Numbered from the stretch's first letter, positions 1-11,584 are shown. The stretch is DNA of 51,152 nucleotides from Clostridiales bacterium DTU064 (GCA_001513385.1 LFTK01000058.1:300-51451), one strand, 5' to 3'. A program made the numbers and translations. Notes: generated by a model not told the origin, from the sequence alone.

Positions 1-42
1 TATGCCAAGCGTACCCGCCAGCTCTTCCAGCATCTTTGTCAT
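1..42 (-). CDS. 5' end of an unidentified gene running off the window (MTKMLEELAGTLGI...)
   Basis: ATG at 40-42 on the minus strand with a GGGGG run 7 nt upstream. Only 14 codons are visible. Confidence 0.25.
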   Translation of the reverse strand, partial: MTKMLEELAGTLGI

Positions 43-208
43 ATGGTAACCCCCGATTACAATAATTTTATATATTTATATTCTCATTCCCCCTCACTCA
101 TGCACATATAACAAATTGCGTGTTTTTAGACGTTTTTTATAAAAAATTTGATAAAACATATCAATAATAAAAAATTGTTAATTAAGTGTGAATTATGCTT
201 ATGACCGC

Positions 209-237
209 TTGATTTTTCTATGGGTATTATATACAAT
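209..237 (+). promoter_or_regulatory. sigma-A type promoter of groESL (TTGATT-17 nt-TACAAT)
   Basis: -35 TTGATT at 209-214 and -10 TACAAT at 232-237, with 17-nt spacing, immediately upstream of the CIRCE element. Confidence 0.6.
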
Positions 238-249
238 AATAATCGTTCG

Positions 250-276
250 TTAGCACTCGCGTTGCAAGAGTGCCAA
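250..276 (+). promoter_or_regulatory. CIRCE operator (HrcA binding site)
   Basis: TTAGCACTC-N9-GAGTGCCAA matches the CIRCE consensus TTAGCACTC-N9-GAGTGCTAA with one mismatch. It lies 55 nt upstream of groES. Confidence 0.9.
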
Positions 277-330
277 CACAGCAGAATTTATTAAGTAACA
301 GCAATAAAAAATTAAGGAGGAGCTTCAAGC

Positions 331-615
331 ATGACTATCAAACCGCTTTTTGACCGTGTTGTTGTCAAGCAGGTAGAGGTAGAGGAAACAACAAAAGCGG
401 GAATCATCCTTCCCGGCTCAGCGAAGGAAAAGCCTCAGCTTTTTGAGGTTATTGCCGTTGGCCCCGGCGGAGAAATTGAAGGAAAATCCACACAGATGAC
501 AAGCCAACCCGGCGATAAGGTCATCATCAGCAAGTACGCCGGTACGGAAGTTAAGATTGACGGCGTCGAATACAGCATAGTTCGCCAGGGCGATATTCTC
601 GCCAAAGTCGAATAA
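331..615 (+). CDS. groES: co-chaperonin GroES (10 kDa)
   Basis: 94 aa, MTIKPLFDRVVVK...AGIILP, typical Cpn10. AGGAGG RBS. Directly upstream of groEL. Confidence 0.97.
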   Translation: MTIKPLFDRVVVKQVEVEETTKAGIILPGSAKEKPQLFEVIAVGPGGEIEGKSTQMTSQPGDKVIISKYAGTEVKIDGVEYSIVRQGDILAKVE

Positions 616-619
616 TTGA

Positions 620-2278
<1,659 letters not shown>

Positions 2279-2329
2279 TAAACAACAAAACTTAAGCAAA
2301 ACAAATTATAAGCGAGAGCTTTTCAAAAA

Positions 2330-2364
2330 ATCGGGGTGCCGTCATAAAATGGCGGTGCCCCGAT
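2330..2364 (+). terminator. possible groESL terminator hairpin (no clear U-tract)
   Basis: atcggggtgcc...ggtgccccgat forms a stem of about 11 bp including two G-U pairs. It is not followed by a T-run. Confidence 0.35.
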
Positions 2365-2464
2365 TAAGAACTCGCTTTGTGTATTAAGCTACCGGCGATA
2401 CTCTAAGGTATCACATTTGCTACATCGCACAACAAAAATATGATATGACTGTCTTATTTTTGAC

Positions 2465-2493
2465 TTGACAAACACATCATACGGTGATATAAT
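2465..2493 (+). promoter_or_regulatory. consensus sigma-A promoter for the tRNA pair (TTGACA-17 nt-TATAAT with TG extension)
   Basis: TTGACA at 2465-2470 and TATAAT at 2488-2493, with TGA preceding the -10. tRNA-Leu starts 20 nt downstream. Confidence 0.8.
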
Positions 2494-2512
2494 GTCACGT
2501 GTAGCGGAAAAC

Positions 2513-2596
2513 GCCGCTGTGGCGTAATCGGCAGACGCAGCGGACTTAAAATCCGCCGGAGTAAAATCCGTACCGGTTCAAGTCCGGTCAGCGGCA
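2513..2596 (+). tRNA. tRNA-Leu (anticodon UAA), type II with long variable arm
   Basis: Acceptor GCCGCTG/CAGCGGC, anticodon stem GCGGA/TCCGC with loop CTTAAAA, variable arm CGGAGTAAAATCCGT, T arm ACCGG-TTCAAGT-CCGGT. No encoded CCA. Confidence 0.9.
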
Positions 2597-2604
2597 TCAT
2601 ATAG

Positions 2605-2678
2605 CGCGGAGTGGAGCAGTCTGGTAGCTCGTTGGGCTCATAACCCGAAGGTCGGAGGTTCAAATCCTCCCTCCGCAA
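2605..2678 (+). tRNA. initiator tRNA-fMet (anticodon CAU)
   Basis: CGCGGAGTGGAGCAG...GGGCTCATAACCC...TTCAAATCC closely resembles E. coli tRNA-fMet. It has the C1-A72 mismatch and three G-C pairs closing the anticodon stem. Confidence 0.92.
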
Positions 2679-2688
2679 TCTTCAAAAA

Positions 2689-2727
2689 CCCCTGTAATTA
2701 CTATAAAAATTACAGGGGTTTGTTTTT
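2689..2727 (+). terminator. rho-independent terminator after the tRNA pair
   Basis: cccctgtaatt / aattacagggg is an 11-bp perfect stem, followed by tttgttttt. Confidence 0.9.
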
Positions 2728-3081
2728 GTGTTAGTGAGGTGTTTTACGTGACAGTCGTCCATCAGTCGTCCGTTTGTTTAATATAGCTGAATCGTAATCG
2801 CGTACAAAACGAAATAGTACAAATTTCATTAAGGAAGACAACTATGTATAATAAGCACAAATGAGTATTTTAAATTAGCATATTAATCTTCTGACACTGC
2901 CATTGATAACTTTATAAATAATATAGTATAATAACATAAACGTAACTCGTTTATTGAGGAATTAATTTTTTAGATTAATTTCAAAATAAACGTTTCATCA
3001 AAATAACTTGAAAAGAAACAGCCATTAGTTTTTAATATTGCATATACTATTATATTTTGTCTCCTTTGAGGTTTTTTATAA

Positions 3082-3585
3082 ATGGAAAACACAAAGAACA
3101 CAGAAAACAAAGAACTTCCCGGTAAAAGAGTTGCAGATTCTTATACGGAGAACGTGCAGATTCTTCTTCAGAGCACGATGAACGGCTATAACCGCCTTTA
3201 TGGCGGTAAGCTTCTTGAGTGGATTGATATGCTTGCCGCTGTCGTTGCGCGCAGGCACTGTGGCATGAATGTAACGACAGCCGCTATTGACAACCTACAG
3301 TTCAAAGAACCGGCTTATTTGAACGATATAATCATTATGTCAGGCCGTATCACGTACACAGGCAATACATCAATGGAGATTCGCGTTGATACTGTCGCCG
3401 AAAGCCTTGACGGCACGCGCCGCCTTATCAACAGAGCGTACCTCGTGATTGTTGCTATTGATGAAAACGGACACCCTGTTAAAGTTCCGCCTCTCATCAT
3501 TGAAACAGAAGAAGAACGCGCTGAATATGAAGCGGCGAAAAAGCGCCGCGAATACCGTCAGAAACGGCGGCTTGAGAATTTTTAA
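3082..3585 (+). CDS. acyl-CoA thioesterase (hotdog fold, YciA/BFIT-like)
   Basis: 167 aa. The pattern N..G.L.GG.LL.W.D...A..A is typical of acyl-CoA hydrolase hotdog proteins. Confidence 0.75.
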   Translation: MENTKNTENKELPGKRVADSYTENVQILLQSTMNGYNRLYGGKLLEWIDMLAAVVARRHCGMNVTTAAIDNLQFKEPAYLNDIIIMSGRITYTGNTSMEIRVDTVAESLDGTRRLINRAYLVIVAIDENGHPVKVPPLIIETEEERAEYEAAKKRREYRQKRRLENF

Positions 3586-3597
3586 TATAAAAACGTG

Positions 3598-3632
3598 AAA
3601 GCGTCAAGCTACATATGGCTTGACGCTTTTGC
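3598..3632. terminator. bidirectional terminator shared by the convergent thioesterase and HAD genes
   Basis: aaagcgtcaagc / gcttgacgcttt is a 12-bp stem with an 8-nt loop, flanked by an A-run on the left and a T-run on the right. Confidence 0.85.
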
Positions 3633-3661
3633 ATTATATTTTTATATCTTCCCTTCTTTAC

Positions 3662-4468
3662 TTATGCAAATAATGCTTCATCGGCATCAGCAAGCGAGGG
3701 GATAATAAGGTCTGGGCGGTTGTCTTCTTTTGCTGCTTCTACATCGCTTATTTTTGTTTCGCCTGTCAGGACAAGAACTGATGTTATACCAGCGCGCCGC
3801 CCTGTTGCAATATCCGTATAAAGCCTGTCTCCGAAAATACAGATTTCGTGAGTTTTCGCTCCCGTGACCTCTTTTATCATATCGACCGTTTCCGGGTACG
3901 GCTTTCCGAAATACCGCGGCACAACGCCCGTTGAAGCTGTGACAAAAGCAGCTATTGCTCCGCTGTCCGGTATGAATCCGTCCTCTGTCGGGCAGTTAAA
4001 GTCCGGATGTGTAGAAAGATATTCGGCACCACCACGGACCAGCTTACATGCTACTGATAGCTTTTCGTATGTAAGCGATGTATCGAAGCTCGTGACAACG
4101 ATTTCAGCGCCCTCCCCGTTTCTTGACAGCTTAACACCCTTTGCCGCCCAGTCATCGTATAATTCATCCGTGCCCACAAGATAAACAGTTTTACCCGCAC
4201 GATGTCTTAGGAGAAATTCAGCCGTCACATCCCCTGACGTCAGTATTTCATCTTTACGGGGTGAGAAGCCGAGACGCTCAAGCTTTTTAAAATAGTATGG
4301 GGATGTATGTGATGCATTATTTGTAAAAAAAAGAACTCGCCTGCCGGATAATCTGAGTTTATTTATAAATGAAACGGCGAAGGAAAACGGTTGCTCCCCT
4401 AAATAAATTGTGCCGTCCATATCAAAAATAAAAAGTTTTTTATCGTAAAGCAACTCCCTCACCGTCAC
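3662..4468 (-). CDS. HAD-superfamily hydrolase, subfamily IIA (NagD/sugar-phosphatase-like)
   Basis: 268 aa with DMDGTIY (motif I), FFTNNAS, and GDRLYTDI (motif IV). GTG start preceded by GGGAGG 9 nt upstream. Confidence 0.8.
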   Translation of the reverse strand: MTVRELLYDKKLFIFDMDGTIYLGEQPFSFAVSFINKLRLSGRRVLFFTNNASHTSPYYFKKLERLGFSPRKDEILTSGDVTAEFLLRHRAGKTVYLVGTDELYDDWAAKGVKLSRNGEGAEIVVTSFDTSLTYEKLSVACKLVRGGAEYLSTHPDFNCPTEDGFIPDSGAIAAFVTASTGVVPRYFGKPYPETVDMIKEVTGAKTHEICIFGDRLYTDIATGRRAGITSVLVLTGETKISDVEAAKEDNRPDLIIPSLADADEALFA

Positions 4469-4527
4469 TATATTGTACCTCCCGTTCGTGATAATTGCTC
4501 AGGTTTTCACTTAATTATATCATTATA

Positions 4528-4556
4528 TTGCAAAAGCGACAAGGTTGTGGTATATT
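4528..4556 (+). promoter_or_regulatory. candidate sigma-A promoter for the pantothenate kinase gene (TTGCAA-17 nt-TATATT)
   Basis: -35 at 4528-4533 and -10 at 4551-4556, with TGG preceding the -10. Confidence 0.5.
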
Positions 4557-4615
4557 TTATATAAGCGCGGTTTATCGCGCATTATAATTATAAGGATAAT
4601 TTTTGGAGGCATCTT

Positions 4616-5458
4616 TTGGGCGTAATTATTGGAATTGATGTTGGTGGCAGTACAACAAAAATTGTTGGTTTTAAAAATGCAAAAGAAATGAACGCGTCAA
4701 CCCTTATAGAGCCGATTTTTGTGCGTGCTAACGATCCGTTGACTTCTTTATATGGTGCATTTGGAAAATTCACTGACCAAAACGGCCTTTCCCTGTCTGA
4801 CATTGAGCGCGTCATGATAACCGGCGTCGGGTCGACCTATACTTCAAAACCAATTTATTCTCTACCATGCACTCATGTACCCGAGTTTACCTGCATTGGT
4901 CTTGGCGGCATTTATCTTTCATCACTACCGCGCGCTATAGTCGCCAGCATGGGAACCGGAACTGCCATAATTTATGCCGAAGCAGGAGCAAAACCAAAGT
5001 ATCTCGGTGGTACCGGTGTGGGAGGTGGCACTTTACTTGGTCTTTCAAAGAAAATACTTGGAATTGACACAATTGAGGACCTTGAAGCACTTGCCCGCGA
5101 CGGAGATCTTAAAAATGTCGACTTGCTTGTCGGCAATATGACGGCAAAGCAGATTGACGGTATGTCGGAATCACTCACGGCTGCGAATTTCGGCAACATC
5201 GGCGGATTTGCAACTAACAGTGACTTTGCACTCGGGCTTTTCAACATGGTATATGAAACAGTAGCGATGATGACAATATTCGCATCGCGCAGTTACGGAA
5301 CGCGTGACATTGTGCTTACAGGCAATTTAACGACGCCGTCTCCGGCATCTGTAATTTTCTCTAAGCTTGCAGGATATTTTGACGTTAATTTTATAATTCC
5401 ACCTCGTGCACAATTTGCTACTGTTATAGGTGCCGCACTTTCATATGCCCATATTTAA
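4616..5458 (+). CDS. coaW: type II pantothenate kinase (Fumble/CoaW-like, ASKHA fold)
   Basis: 280 aa with GIDVGGSTTKIV, MGTGTAI, GGTGVGGGTLLGL and LTAANFG, which parallel the S. aureus CoaW motifs. TTG start with GGAGG 6 nt upstream. Confidence 0.7.
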   Translation: MGVIIGIDVGGSTTKIVGFKNAKEMNASTLIEPIFVRANDPLTSLYGAFGKFTDQNGLSLSDIERVMITGVGSTYTSKPIYSLPCTHVPEFTCIGLGGIYLSSLPRAIVASMGTGTAIIYAEAGAKPKYLGGTGVGGGTLLGLSKKILGIDTIEDLEALARDGDLKNVDLLVGNMTAKQIDGMSESLTAANFGNIGGFATNSDFALGLFNMVYETVAMMTIFASRSYGTRDIVLTGNLTTPSPASVIFSKLAGYFDVNFIIPPRAQFATVIGAALSYAHI

Positions 5459-5607
5459 TTATTACATCGACACAGTGGGGTCATAATTTTTTGATATATT
5501 AAAATACAACCTGTAATATATTAATAATCGTGGCATAATGTGTGCCATGACGAATATGTCTTATACTTCTGTTCATAATCATATAAAAAGATCTAAAGGG
5601 GCTTTCG

Positions 5608-8247
5608 ATGAATTATTACTTAAAGAGCAAAGATGAGGTTTTTACTCAACTCGAAACAGGAGCTGGTGGTCTTTCCTCATCAGAGGCTGAATCGCGACTT
5701 ATATTAAACGGGAAAAACAAGCTTGTTGAGGGCAAAAAGACAAGCCTTCTCAAGCGGTTTGCGAAACAGCTTGCCGATCCGATGATAATCGTGCTCCTTG
5801 CGGCTGCTATATTGTCAGCAATTACAGCAATTTATGAACATGAGTCTCCGACTGATGTCATAATAATTCTTGTTGTTGTCCTGATAAACTCTATTCTTGG
5901 CGTCGTACAGGAAACTAAAGCCGAAGAAGCAATAGAAGCGTTAAAATCAATGACCGCTTCGACGACAAAGGTACTTCGCGACGGAAAGCTACTGATTATG
6001 AAAAGCGAAGACCTCGTACCCGGCGACATCATTCACCTTGATGCCGGAGACGCCGTACCTGCCGATGCGCGTATCATTGAGTGCGCGTCAATGAAAGTCG
6101 AAGAAGCCGCACTGACCGGAGAGTCGGTTCCGGTTGAAAAAACGTCAGATACATTAACCGCAAAGAATGGTGACATCGCTCTTGGTGACCGTCGCAACAT
6201 GGTATATATGGGCAGTACGGTCGTATACGGCCGTGGTGTCGCTGTCGTCACAGCTACCGGTATGTCAACCGAGATGGGCAAGATAGCAGATGCCTTAACA
6301 AAAGCCGAAGATGAAGCAACACCGCTTCAGATGAAGCTTGCCGGGCTTTCAAAGCTGCTCACATGGGGCGTTCTCATAATCAGCGTCATTATATTTGCTA
6401 TCGGTATGTTGCGGGCAGGCACAATAAATGTCGATTCAATGCTCGATACCTTTATGCTTGCCGTTAGCCTTGCTGTCGCCGCGATTCCTGAAGGACTCGT
6501 TGCCGTTGTAACGATTGTCTTATCGATTGGCGTAACGAAAATGGCAAGGCGAAACGCCATTATACGGCGTCTTACTGCCGTTGAAACGCTTGGCAGCGCT
6601 CAGATTATTTGCTCGGATAAAACCGGAACGCTAACGCAGAATAAAATGACTGTCGTCGACACATACGGCGATGAACAGGAAATGCTCGCGGCAGCTATGG
6701 CGCTCTGCACCGATGCCGAATACGACGACGAAACATGTATATCCACCGGCGAGCCGACACAATGCGCGCTTGTCAACTATGCCGCAAAGATTGGATTGAA
6801 TAAAAACGTATTAAAGAAAGAATTCCCGCGTGTTGGAGAGATTCCTTTCGATTCAATGCGCAAAATGATGTCAACTTTCCATCCAATCGATGGAGGTAGA
6901 TACGTACAGTACACAACCGGTGCACCGGATGTTATCTTTTCCCGCTGCACACATGTCTTGACTGAATCCGGTGTCGTTCCGATGACGGATAAATTACTCA
7001 ACAACATACGCCTTGCGAACAAATCGATGGCTGACCGCGCTCTGCGCGTTATCGCCGCCGCATACCGTGAGTATGATTCACTACCGGAAAAATACGATTC
7101 CGATGTGCTTGAGGACAATATGATATTCCTCGGACTCTACGGTATGATTGACCCGATAAGGCCGGAAGTAAAAGCCGCCGTTGATTTGTGCCATGACGCA
7201 GGTATTCGTGTCATCATGATAACGGGCGACCATATCGACACAGCCGTTGCTATCGCACGTGAGCTTGGAATACTTACAGATCCTTCGCAAGCAATTCTCG
7301 GGCAGGCGCTTGATTCCTTCACTGACGAGGAGCTTGATGCCACGATTGATAAATACAGCGTCTACGCCCGCGTTCAGCCTGAGCATAAGGTTCGCATTGT
7401 TGAATCATGGCGCAGGCGCGGCATGATAACAGCGATGACAGGCGACGGTGTAAACGACGCACCAAGCATTAAATCCGCTGACATTGGCGTTGGCATGGGA
7501 ATAACGGGCACCGACGTTACGAAAAACGTTGCTGACATGATTCTCGCTGACGACAACTTTGCAACGATCGTCGCTGCAGTTGAAGAAGGGCGCAAAATAT
7601 ATTCTAACATCAGAAAAGCAATTCAGTTCCTGCTCTCATCGAACCTGAGCGAGGTTATCAGCATATTTATGGCTACAATGCTTGGCTTTACGCTGCTCAA
7701 GCCAGTCCATATTCTATGGATCAACCTGATAACGGACAGCTTACCGGCGCTTTCATTTGGCATGGAACCGGGTGAACCTGACGCAATGAAAAAGCCACCG
7801 CGTGATCCTAAAGCAGGAATCTTCTCCGGTGGCGTAGGCTTTGACACTATTTATCAGGGTGTGCTCATTGCTTTCCTCACGTTAATAGCATATTTGGTCG
7901 GACACCGCATCGAAGCAGGTGCATGGGAGCTGACGAACAGCGCTGACGGAACAACGATGGCGTTCCTTACAATGTCTATGGCGGAGATATTCCATTCTTT
8001 CAATATGCGCTCGCGCCGTGAATCAGTCTTTACACTGAAAAAGCAAAATGTCTGGTTGTGGGTTGCATGCGCACTTGCTTTTGTTCTGACAGCTGTCGTT
8101 ATATACGTTCCTTTCATGTCAAATGCTTTCGGTTTCACCTCTATATCGTTTACCGAGTATGTCATTGCAATAGGTTTAGCCATTACCGTTATACCGATTG
8201 TCGAGCTCGTCAAGTTCTTCCAGCGCCGCCGTGGTTCTGTTGACTGA
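5608..8247 (+). CDS. P-type ATPase, Ca2+-transporting type (P2A-like)
   Basis: 879 aa with TGES, DKTGTLTQNKM, MITGD and TGDGVNDAPS motifs, and about 10 predicted TM segments. Confidence 0.9.
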   Translation: MNYYLKSKDEVFTQLETGAGGLSSSEAESRLILNGKNKLVEGKKTSLLKRFAKQLADPMIIVLLAAAILSAITAIYEHESPTDVIIILVVVLINSILGVVQETKAEEAIEALKSMTASTTKVLRDGKLLIMKSEDLVPGDIIHLDAGDAVPADARIIECASMKVEEAALTGESVPVEKTSDTLTAKNGDIALGDRRNMVYMGSTVVYGRGVAVVTATGMSTEMGKIADALTKAEDEATPLQMKLAGLSKLLTWGVLIISVIIFAIGMLRAGTINVDSMLDTFMLAVSLAVAAIPEGLVAVVTIVLSIGVTKMARRNAIIRRLTAVETLGSAQIICSDKTGTLTQNKMTVVDTYGDEQEMLAAAMALCTDAEYDDETCISTGEPTQCALVNYAAKIGLNKNVLKKEFPRVGEIPFDSMRKMMSTFHPIDGGRYVQYTTGAPDVIFSRCTHVLTESGVVPMTDKLLNNIRLANKSMADRALRVIAAAYREYDSLPEKYDSDVLEDNMIFLGLYGMIDPIRPEVKAAVDLCHDAGIRVIMITGDHIDTAVAIARELGILTDPSQAILGQALDSFTDEELDATIDKYSVYARVQPEHKVRIVESWRRRGMITAMTGDGVNDAPSIKSADIGVGMGITGTDVTKNVADMILADDNFATIVAAVEEGRKIYSNIRKAIQFLLSSNLSEVISIFMATMLGFTLLKPVHILWINLITDSLPALSFGMEPGEPDAMKKPPRDPKAGIFSGGVGFDTIYQGVLIAFLTLIAYLVGHRIEAGAWELTNSADGTTMAFLTMSMAEIFHSFNMRSRRESVFTLKKQNVWLWVACALAFVLTAVVIYVPFMSNAFGFTSISFTEYVIAIGLAITVIPIVELVKFFQRRRGSVD

Positions 8248-8286
8248 TTTATTATTTAACTATCTATATCATATCATTGCACAGAT

Positions 8287-8320
8287 AAAACCGCCTATCA
8301 AACAGGCGGTTTTATTATTT
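8287..8320 (+). terminator. rho-independent terminator of the ATPase gene
   Basis: aaaaccgcct / aggcggtttt stem followed by a T-rich run. Confidence 0.85.
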
Positions 8321-8446
8321 CTGTTTGTTCTCTCTGCTTTATTCCTTTTATAATACTATCATCACACGTTCTATCTTCAATATTCGATTGTTATACCGCA
8401 AGTTATACTTAGAATACACATTATAAATGTGGCTATGTAAACATAA

Positions 8447-8486
8447 AGCCTTCGGTAGAATTTCTCTTACCGAAGGCTCATTTTTT
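8447..8486. terminator. hairpin terminator downstream of rplQ (end of the ribosomal superoperon); bidirectional shape
   Basis: agccttcggta / taccgaaggct is an 11-bp stem. There is a T-run on the plus side and tttatgttt on the minus side. Confidence 0.7.
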
Positions 8487-8593
8487 AATAATGACGGTAT
8501 ACCAACTGACGGCTCATCAATTTTTGTGTAAGCACTTTTATTTATATGTCAACGATAAATATTTACCGCGTAATATAAATATGTTGCTGCTTA

Positions 8594-8938
8594 TTAGTCG
8601 ACAAGCTTTATAAGCGCCATTTCGGCGGCGTCGCCGCGGCGAGGGCCAAGCTTGTATATCTGTGTATAACCACCCTGTCTGTTTTCATACTTCGGGGCAA
8701 TTTCATTGAACAGCTTAGACACAACGTCTTCTTTTGTTATATATGCAAGAGCGGCACGGCGGCTTGCAAGTGTGTTTTCCTTGCCGAGAGTTATCATCTT
8801 CTCAGCGAGAGCACGTACTTCCTTTGCACGCGCCAGCGTCGTCTCGATGGAACCTTTCTCAAGCAGATACGTTACCATGCCACGCAGCATAGCTTTTCTG
8901 TGGTCGGTCGGTCTGCCGAGCTTTCTTGTCCCGGGCAT
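8594..8938 (-). CDS. rplQ: 50S ribosomal protein L17
   Basis: 114 aa, [19 protein letters not shown]..., in the conserved position after rpoA. Confidence 0.97.
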   Translation of the reverse strand: MPGTRKLGRPTDHRKAMLRGMVTYLLEKGSIETTLARAKEVRALAEKMITLGKENTLASRRAALAYITKEDVVSKLFNEIAPKYENRQGGYTQIYKLGPRRGDAAEMALIKLVD

Positions 8939-8959
8939 ATCAAGTTACCTCCTGTCGAA

Positions 8960-9934
8960 TTAATCCTCTTCCCGTTTTAGATCGAGGCCAAGTGAATGCA
9001 ATTTCTGGATGACTTCTTCAAGCGATTTCTTTCCTAAGTTCCGAACCTTGATCATTTCTTCTTCGGTCTTATTTATTAAATCTTCGACTGTGTTTATCCC
9101 TGCGCGCTTCAAGCAGTTGAAGCTGCGAACGGACAGGTCAAGCTCCTCAATGGTCATCTCAAGAACTTTTTCTTTTTTGGTTTCCTCGCGTTCAACCATG
9201 ATTTCGGCCTTCTTCGCTTCATCAGAAAGATTGACGAAGAGGTTGAGATGCTCGTTGAGTATCTTGGCTCCGAGTGAAACCGCTTCCTTTGCTGAAATCG
9301 TTCCGTTTGTCTTAACTTCAAGCGTTAGTTTGTCATAGTCAGTAATGTTACCGACACGTGTATTTTCGACTGTATAGCTTACGTTGTATACAGGCGTATA
9401 TATAGAGTCGGTATATATTATTCCAATCGGTGCTGATGTCCCTGACGGATAATTGGACGAGTATATCTGCTTGTTTTTTTCCTGAGATACATAACCACGT
9501 CCGTAATCAAACGTCAGTTCCATGTAAAAGCGTGTGTTTTCGCAAAGTGTTGCGATATGATGATCAAGATTTAGTATCTCAATGTCAACATCCTGCTTAA
9601 TATCGCCTGCAGTAACTTCACACGGCCCCGTAACATCAATAATTGCTGTTTTCGGAGTCGCACCGTGCAGTTTTGCAATAATGCCCTTTACATTGAGAAC
9701 TATTTCGGTAACATCTTCTTTAACACCATTTATAGTGGAAATCTCATGCTGCACGCCGTCGATTTTGATCGACGTGACGGCATAGCCGGGCAGACTGGAA
9801 AGAAGCACTCTGCGGAGAGAGTTTCCGAGCGTGATTCCATAGCCGCGCTCAAGCGGCTCCACGACGAATTTGCCGGTTTTACCGTCATCACTAATGCTTT
9901 CGGTAATAATGTTCGGCTTTTCTATCTCTATCAT
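8960..9934 (-). CDS. rpoA: DNA-directed RNA polymerase alpha subunit
   Basis: 324 aa with N-terminal MIEIEKP...LERGYG.TLGN.LRR and the C-terminal domain motif [17 protein letters not shown]. Confidence 0.97.
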   Translation of the reverse strand: MIEIEKPNIITESISDDGKTGKFVVEPLERGYGITLGNSLRRVLLSSLPGYAVTSIKIDGVQHEISTINGVKEDVTEIVLNVKGIIAKLHGATPKTAIIDVTGPCEVTAGDIKQDVDIEILNLDHHIATLCENTRFYMELTFDYGRGYVSQEKNKQIYSSNYPSGTSAPIGIIYTDSIYTPVYNVSYTVENTRVGNITDYDKLTLEVKTNGTISAKEAVSLGAKILNEHLNLFVNLSDEAKKAEIMVEREETKKEKVLEMTIEELDLSVRSFNCLKRAGINTVEDLINKTEEEMIKVRNLGKKSLEEVIQKLHSLGLDLKREED

Positions 9935-10118
9935 TCAATAACCCTCCATAATACTCAATTTTATGCAAATCGCTTTCCAGAGCCGGCGCGCCTATCTGCG
10001 CGTCGCGTGATTTCCATTAAATTGATAATTACCGATAATATTTTTAAGCCAATATACTCCACGGAAAGCGTCCGATATGGTATATGGCTGGCATATACGG
10101 TAATATCGGAGCATGTTA

Positions 10119-10745
10119 TTACTTGGAGTAAAGCTCGACAATAAGCTGCTCGTTGAAGTCAAAGTCAATATCATCGCGTGTAGGCATTGCAATGACACGT
10201 GCGACAATATTATTACGGTCAACTTCAAGCCACTTTGGAACAAGAGCTGTCTGACAACGTTCAATTAGCTCCTTGATCTTAACAGAATCGCGTTTACCTT
10301 CTTTAAGCGAAATGACATCGCCTGGCTTCACAAGAATGGAGGGGATATCAACCTTCTTACCATTGAGTCTAAAGTGACCGTGAAGCACGAGCTGACGGGC
10401 CTCTTTACGGCTCGATGCCATGCCCATTCTGTAAACGACGTTATCAAGTCTTGTTTCGAGCATGGTCAGAAGATTTTCACCTGTTATTCCAGGCTTCTTC
10501 TCAGCTTTAATATAATACTGTTTAAACTGCTTTTCCTGAAGGCCATAATAGCGTTTTGCTGTCTGTTTTTCACGCAGCTGAATGCCGTATTCCTTAACCT
10601 TTATGCGCGATGCCCCGTGCTGTCCTGGAGCGTTAGGACGTCTGCTGACGGCACACTTTTCGCTCAGGCAGCGGTCGCCTTTAAGATAAAGCTTTTTGCC
10701 TTCTCTGCGGCATAAACGGCACGAAGGTCCTGTATATCTTGCCAT
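10119..10745 (-). CDS. rpsD: 30S ribosomal protein S4
   Basis: 208 aa, [16 protein letters not shown]..., with an S4 RNA-binding domain. Confidence 0.97.
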   Translation of the reverse strand: MARYTGPSCRLCRREGKKLYLKGDRCLSEKCAVSRRPNAPGQHGASRIKVKEYGIQLREKQTAKRYYGLQEKQFKQYYIKAEKKPGITGENLLTMLETRLDNVVYRMGMASSRKEARQLVLHGHFRLNGKKVDIPSILVKPGDVISLKEGKRDSVKIKELIERCQTALVPKWLEVDRNNIVARVIAMPTRDDIDFDFNEQLIVELYSK

Positions 10746-10776
10746 ATCTGTTGCTAATCCTTTCTATGGTTTTCAA

Positions 10777-11172
10777 TCAGACGCGTCTACGTTTCGGGGG
10801 TCTGCACCCGTTATGCGGAATCGGAGTCACGTCTCTGATGAGTGTAATTTGAAGTCCAGCTGCCGCAAGAGCACGAATTGCAGCTTCACGTCCTGAACCG
10901 GGTCCACGTACATATACTTCAACAGACTTGAGTCCCTGATCCATTGCAAGCTTTGCTGCATGCTCTGCTGCTGTCTGTGCTGCATATGGAGTTGATTTTC
11001 TCGAGCCCTTGAAGCCAAGTTCGCCCGAAGACGCCCATGCAATAGTATTGCCCTTTACATCTGTCATCGTGACGATAGTATTATTGAAGGTGGAGTTGAT
11101 ATGTGCTACGCCGACTTCAATATTTTTACGCTCGCGGCGTTTCATAATAGCTTTCTTTGCTGTTGCTGCCAT
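10777..11172 (-). CDS. rpsK: 30S ribosomal protein S11
   Basis: 131 aa, ...[19 protein letters not shown]...W.S.G... Confidence 0.97.
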   Translation of the reverse strand: MAATAKKAIMKRRERKNIEVGVAHINSTFNNTIVTMTDVKGNTIAWASSGELGFKGSRKSTPYAAQTAAEHAAKLAMDQGLKSVEVYVRGPGSGREAAIRALAAAGLQITLIRDVTPIPHNGCRPPKRRRV

Positions 11173-11189
11173 TGTTTATCGTTACTCCT

Positions 11190-11558
11190 TTACTTCTTCT
11201 TGTTAGCGATCGTCTTCGCCGGACCTTTTCTTGTCCTCGCATTTGTCTTTGTGCGCTGACCGCGTACCGGCAGACCTTTTCTGTGACGGATGCCGCGGTA
11301 GCAGTTAATCTCAACGAGGCGCTTGATGTTCATTGCGACTTCCCTGCGAAGATCGCCTTCAACACGATAGTTCTTTTCGATCTCGTCACGAAGTTTAGCA
11401 ATTTCTTCTTCTGTCAAATCCTTCGCGCGCGTATCGGGATTTACACCCGTCTTTGCGCATATATCACGTGCGCTCTTTAAGCCCAAGCCATAAATATAAG
11501 TCAGGGCAATCTCAATGCGCTTGTTATTCGGTATGTCGACACCTGCTATACGAGCCAT
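11190..11558 (-). CDS. rpsM: 30S ribosomal protein S13
   Basis: 122 aa, [14 protein letters not shown]... Confidence 0.97.
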   Translation of the reverse strand: MARIAGVDIPNNKRIEIALTYIYGLGLKSARDICAKTGVNPDTRAKDLTEEEIAKLRDEIEKNYRVEGDLRREVAMNIKRLVEINCYRGIRHRKGLPVRGQRTKTNARTRKGPAKTIANKKK

Positions 11559-11584
11559 TTAGTTTTACCTCTCTTATTCAGCCT

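Noticed and set aside
2454-2678. 74-aa minus-strand ORF in the track
   Set aside because: It lies entirely antisense to the tRNA-Leu and tRNA-fMet genes and their promoter, has no RBS, and its sequence is dictated by tRNA structure.
9665-10264. 159-aa plus-strand and 90-aa minus-strand ORFs spanning the rpoA 5' end, the spacer and the rpsD 3' end
   Set aside because: These are shadow frames overlapping well-supported rpoA and rpsD coding sequence. They have no RBS and a low-complexity, atypical composition.
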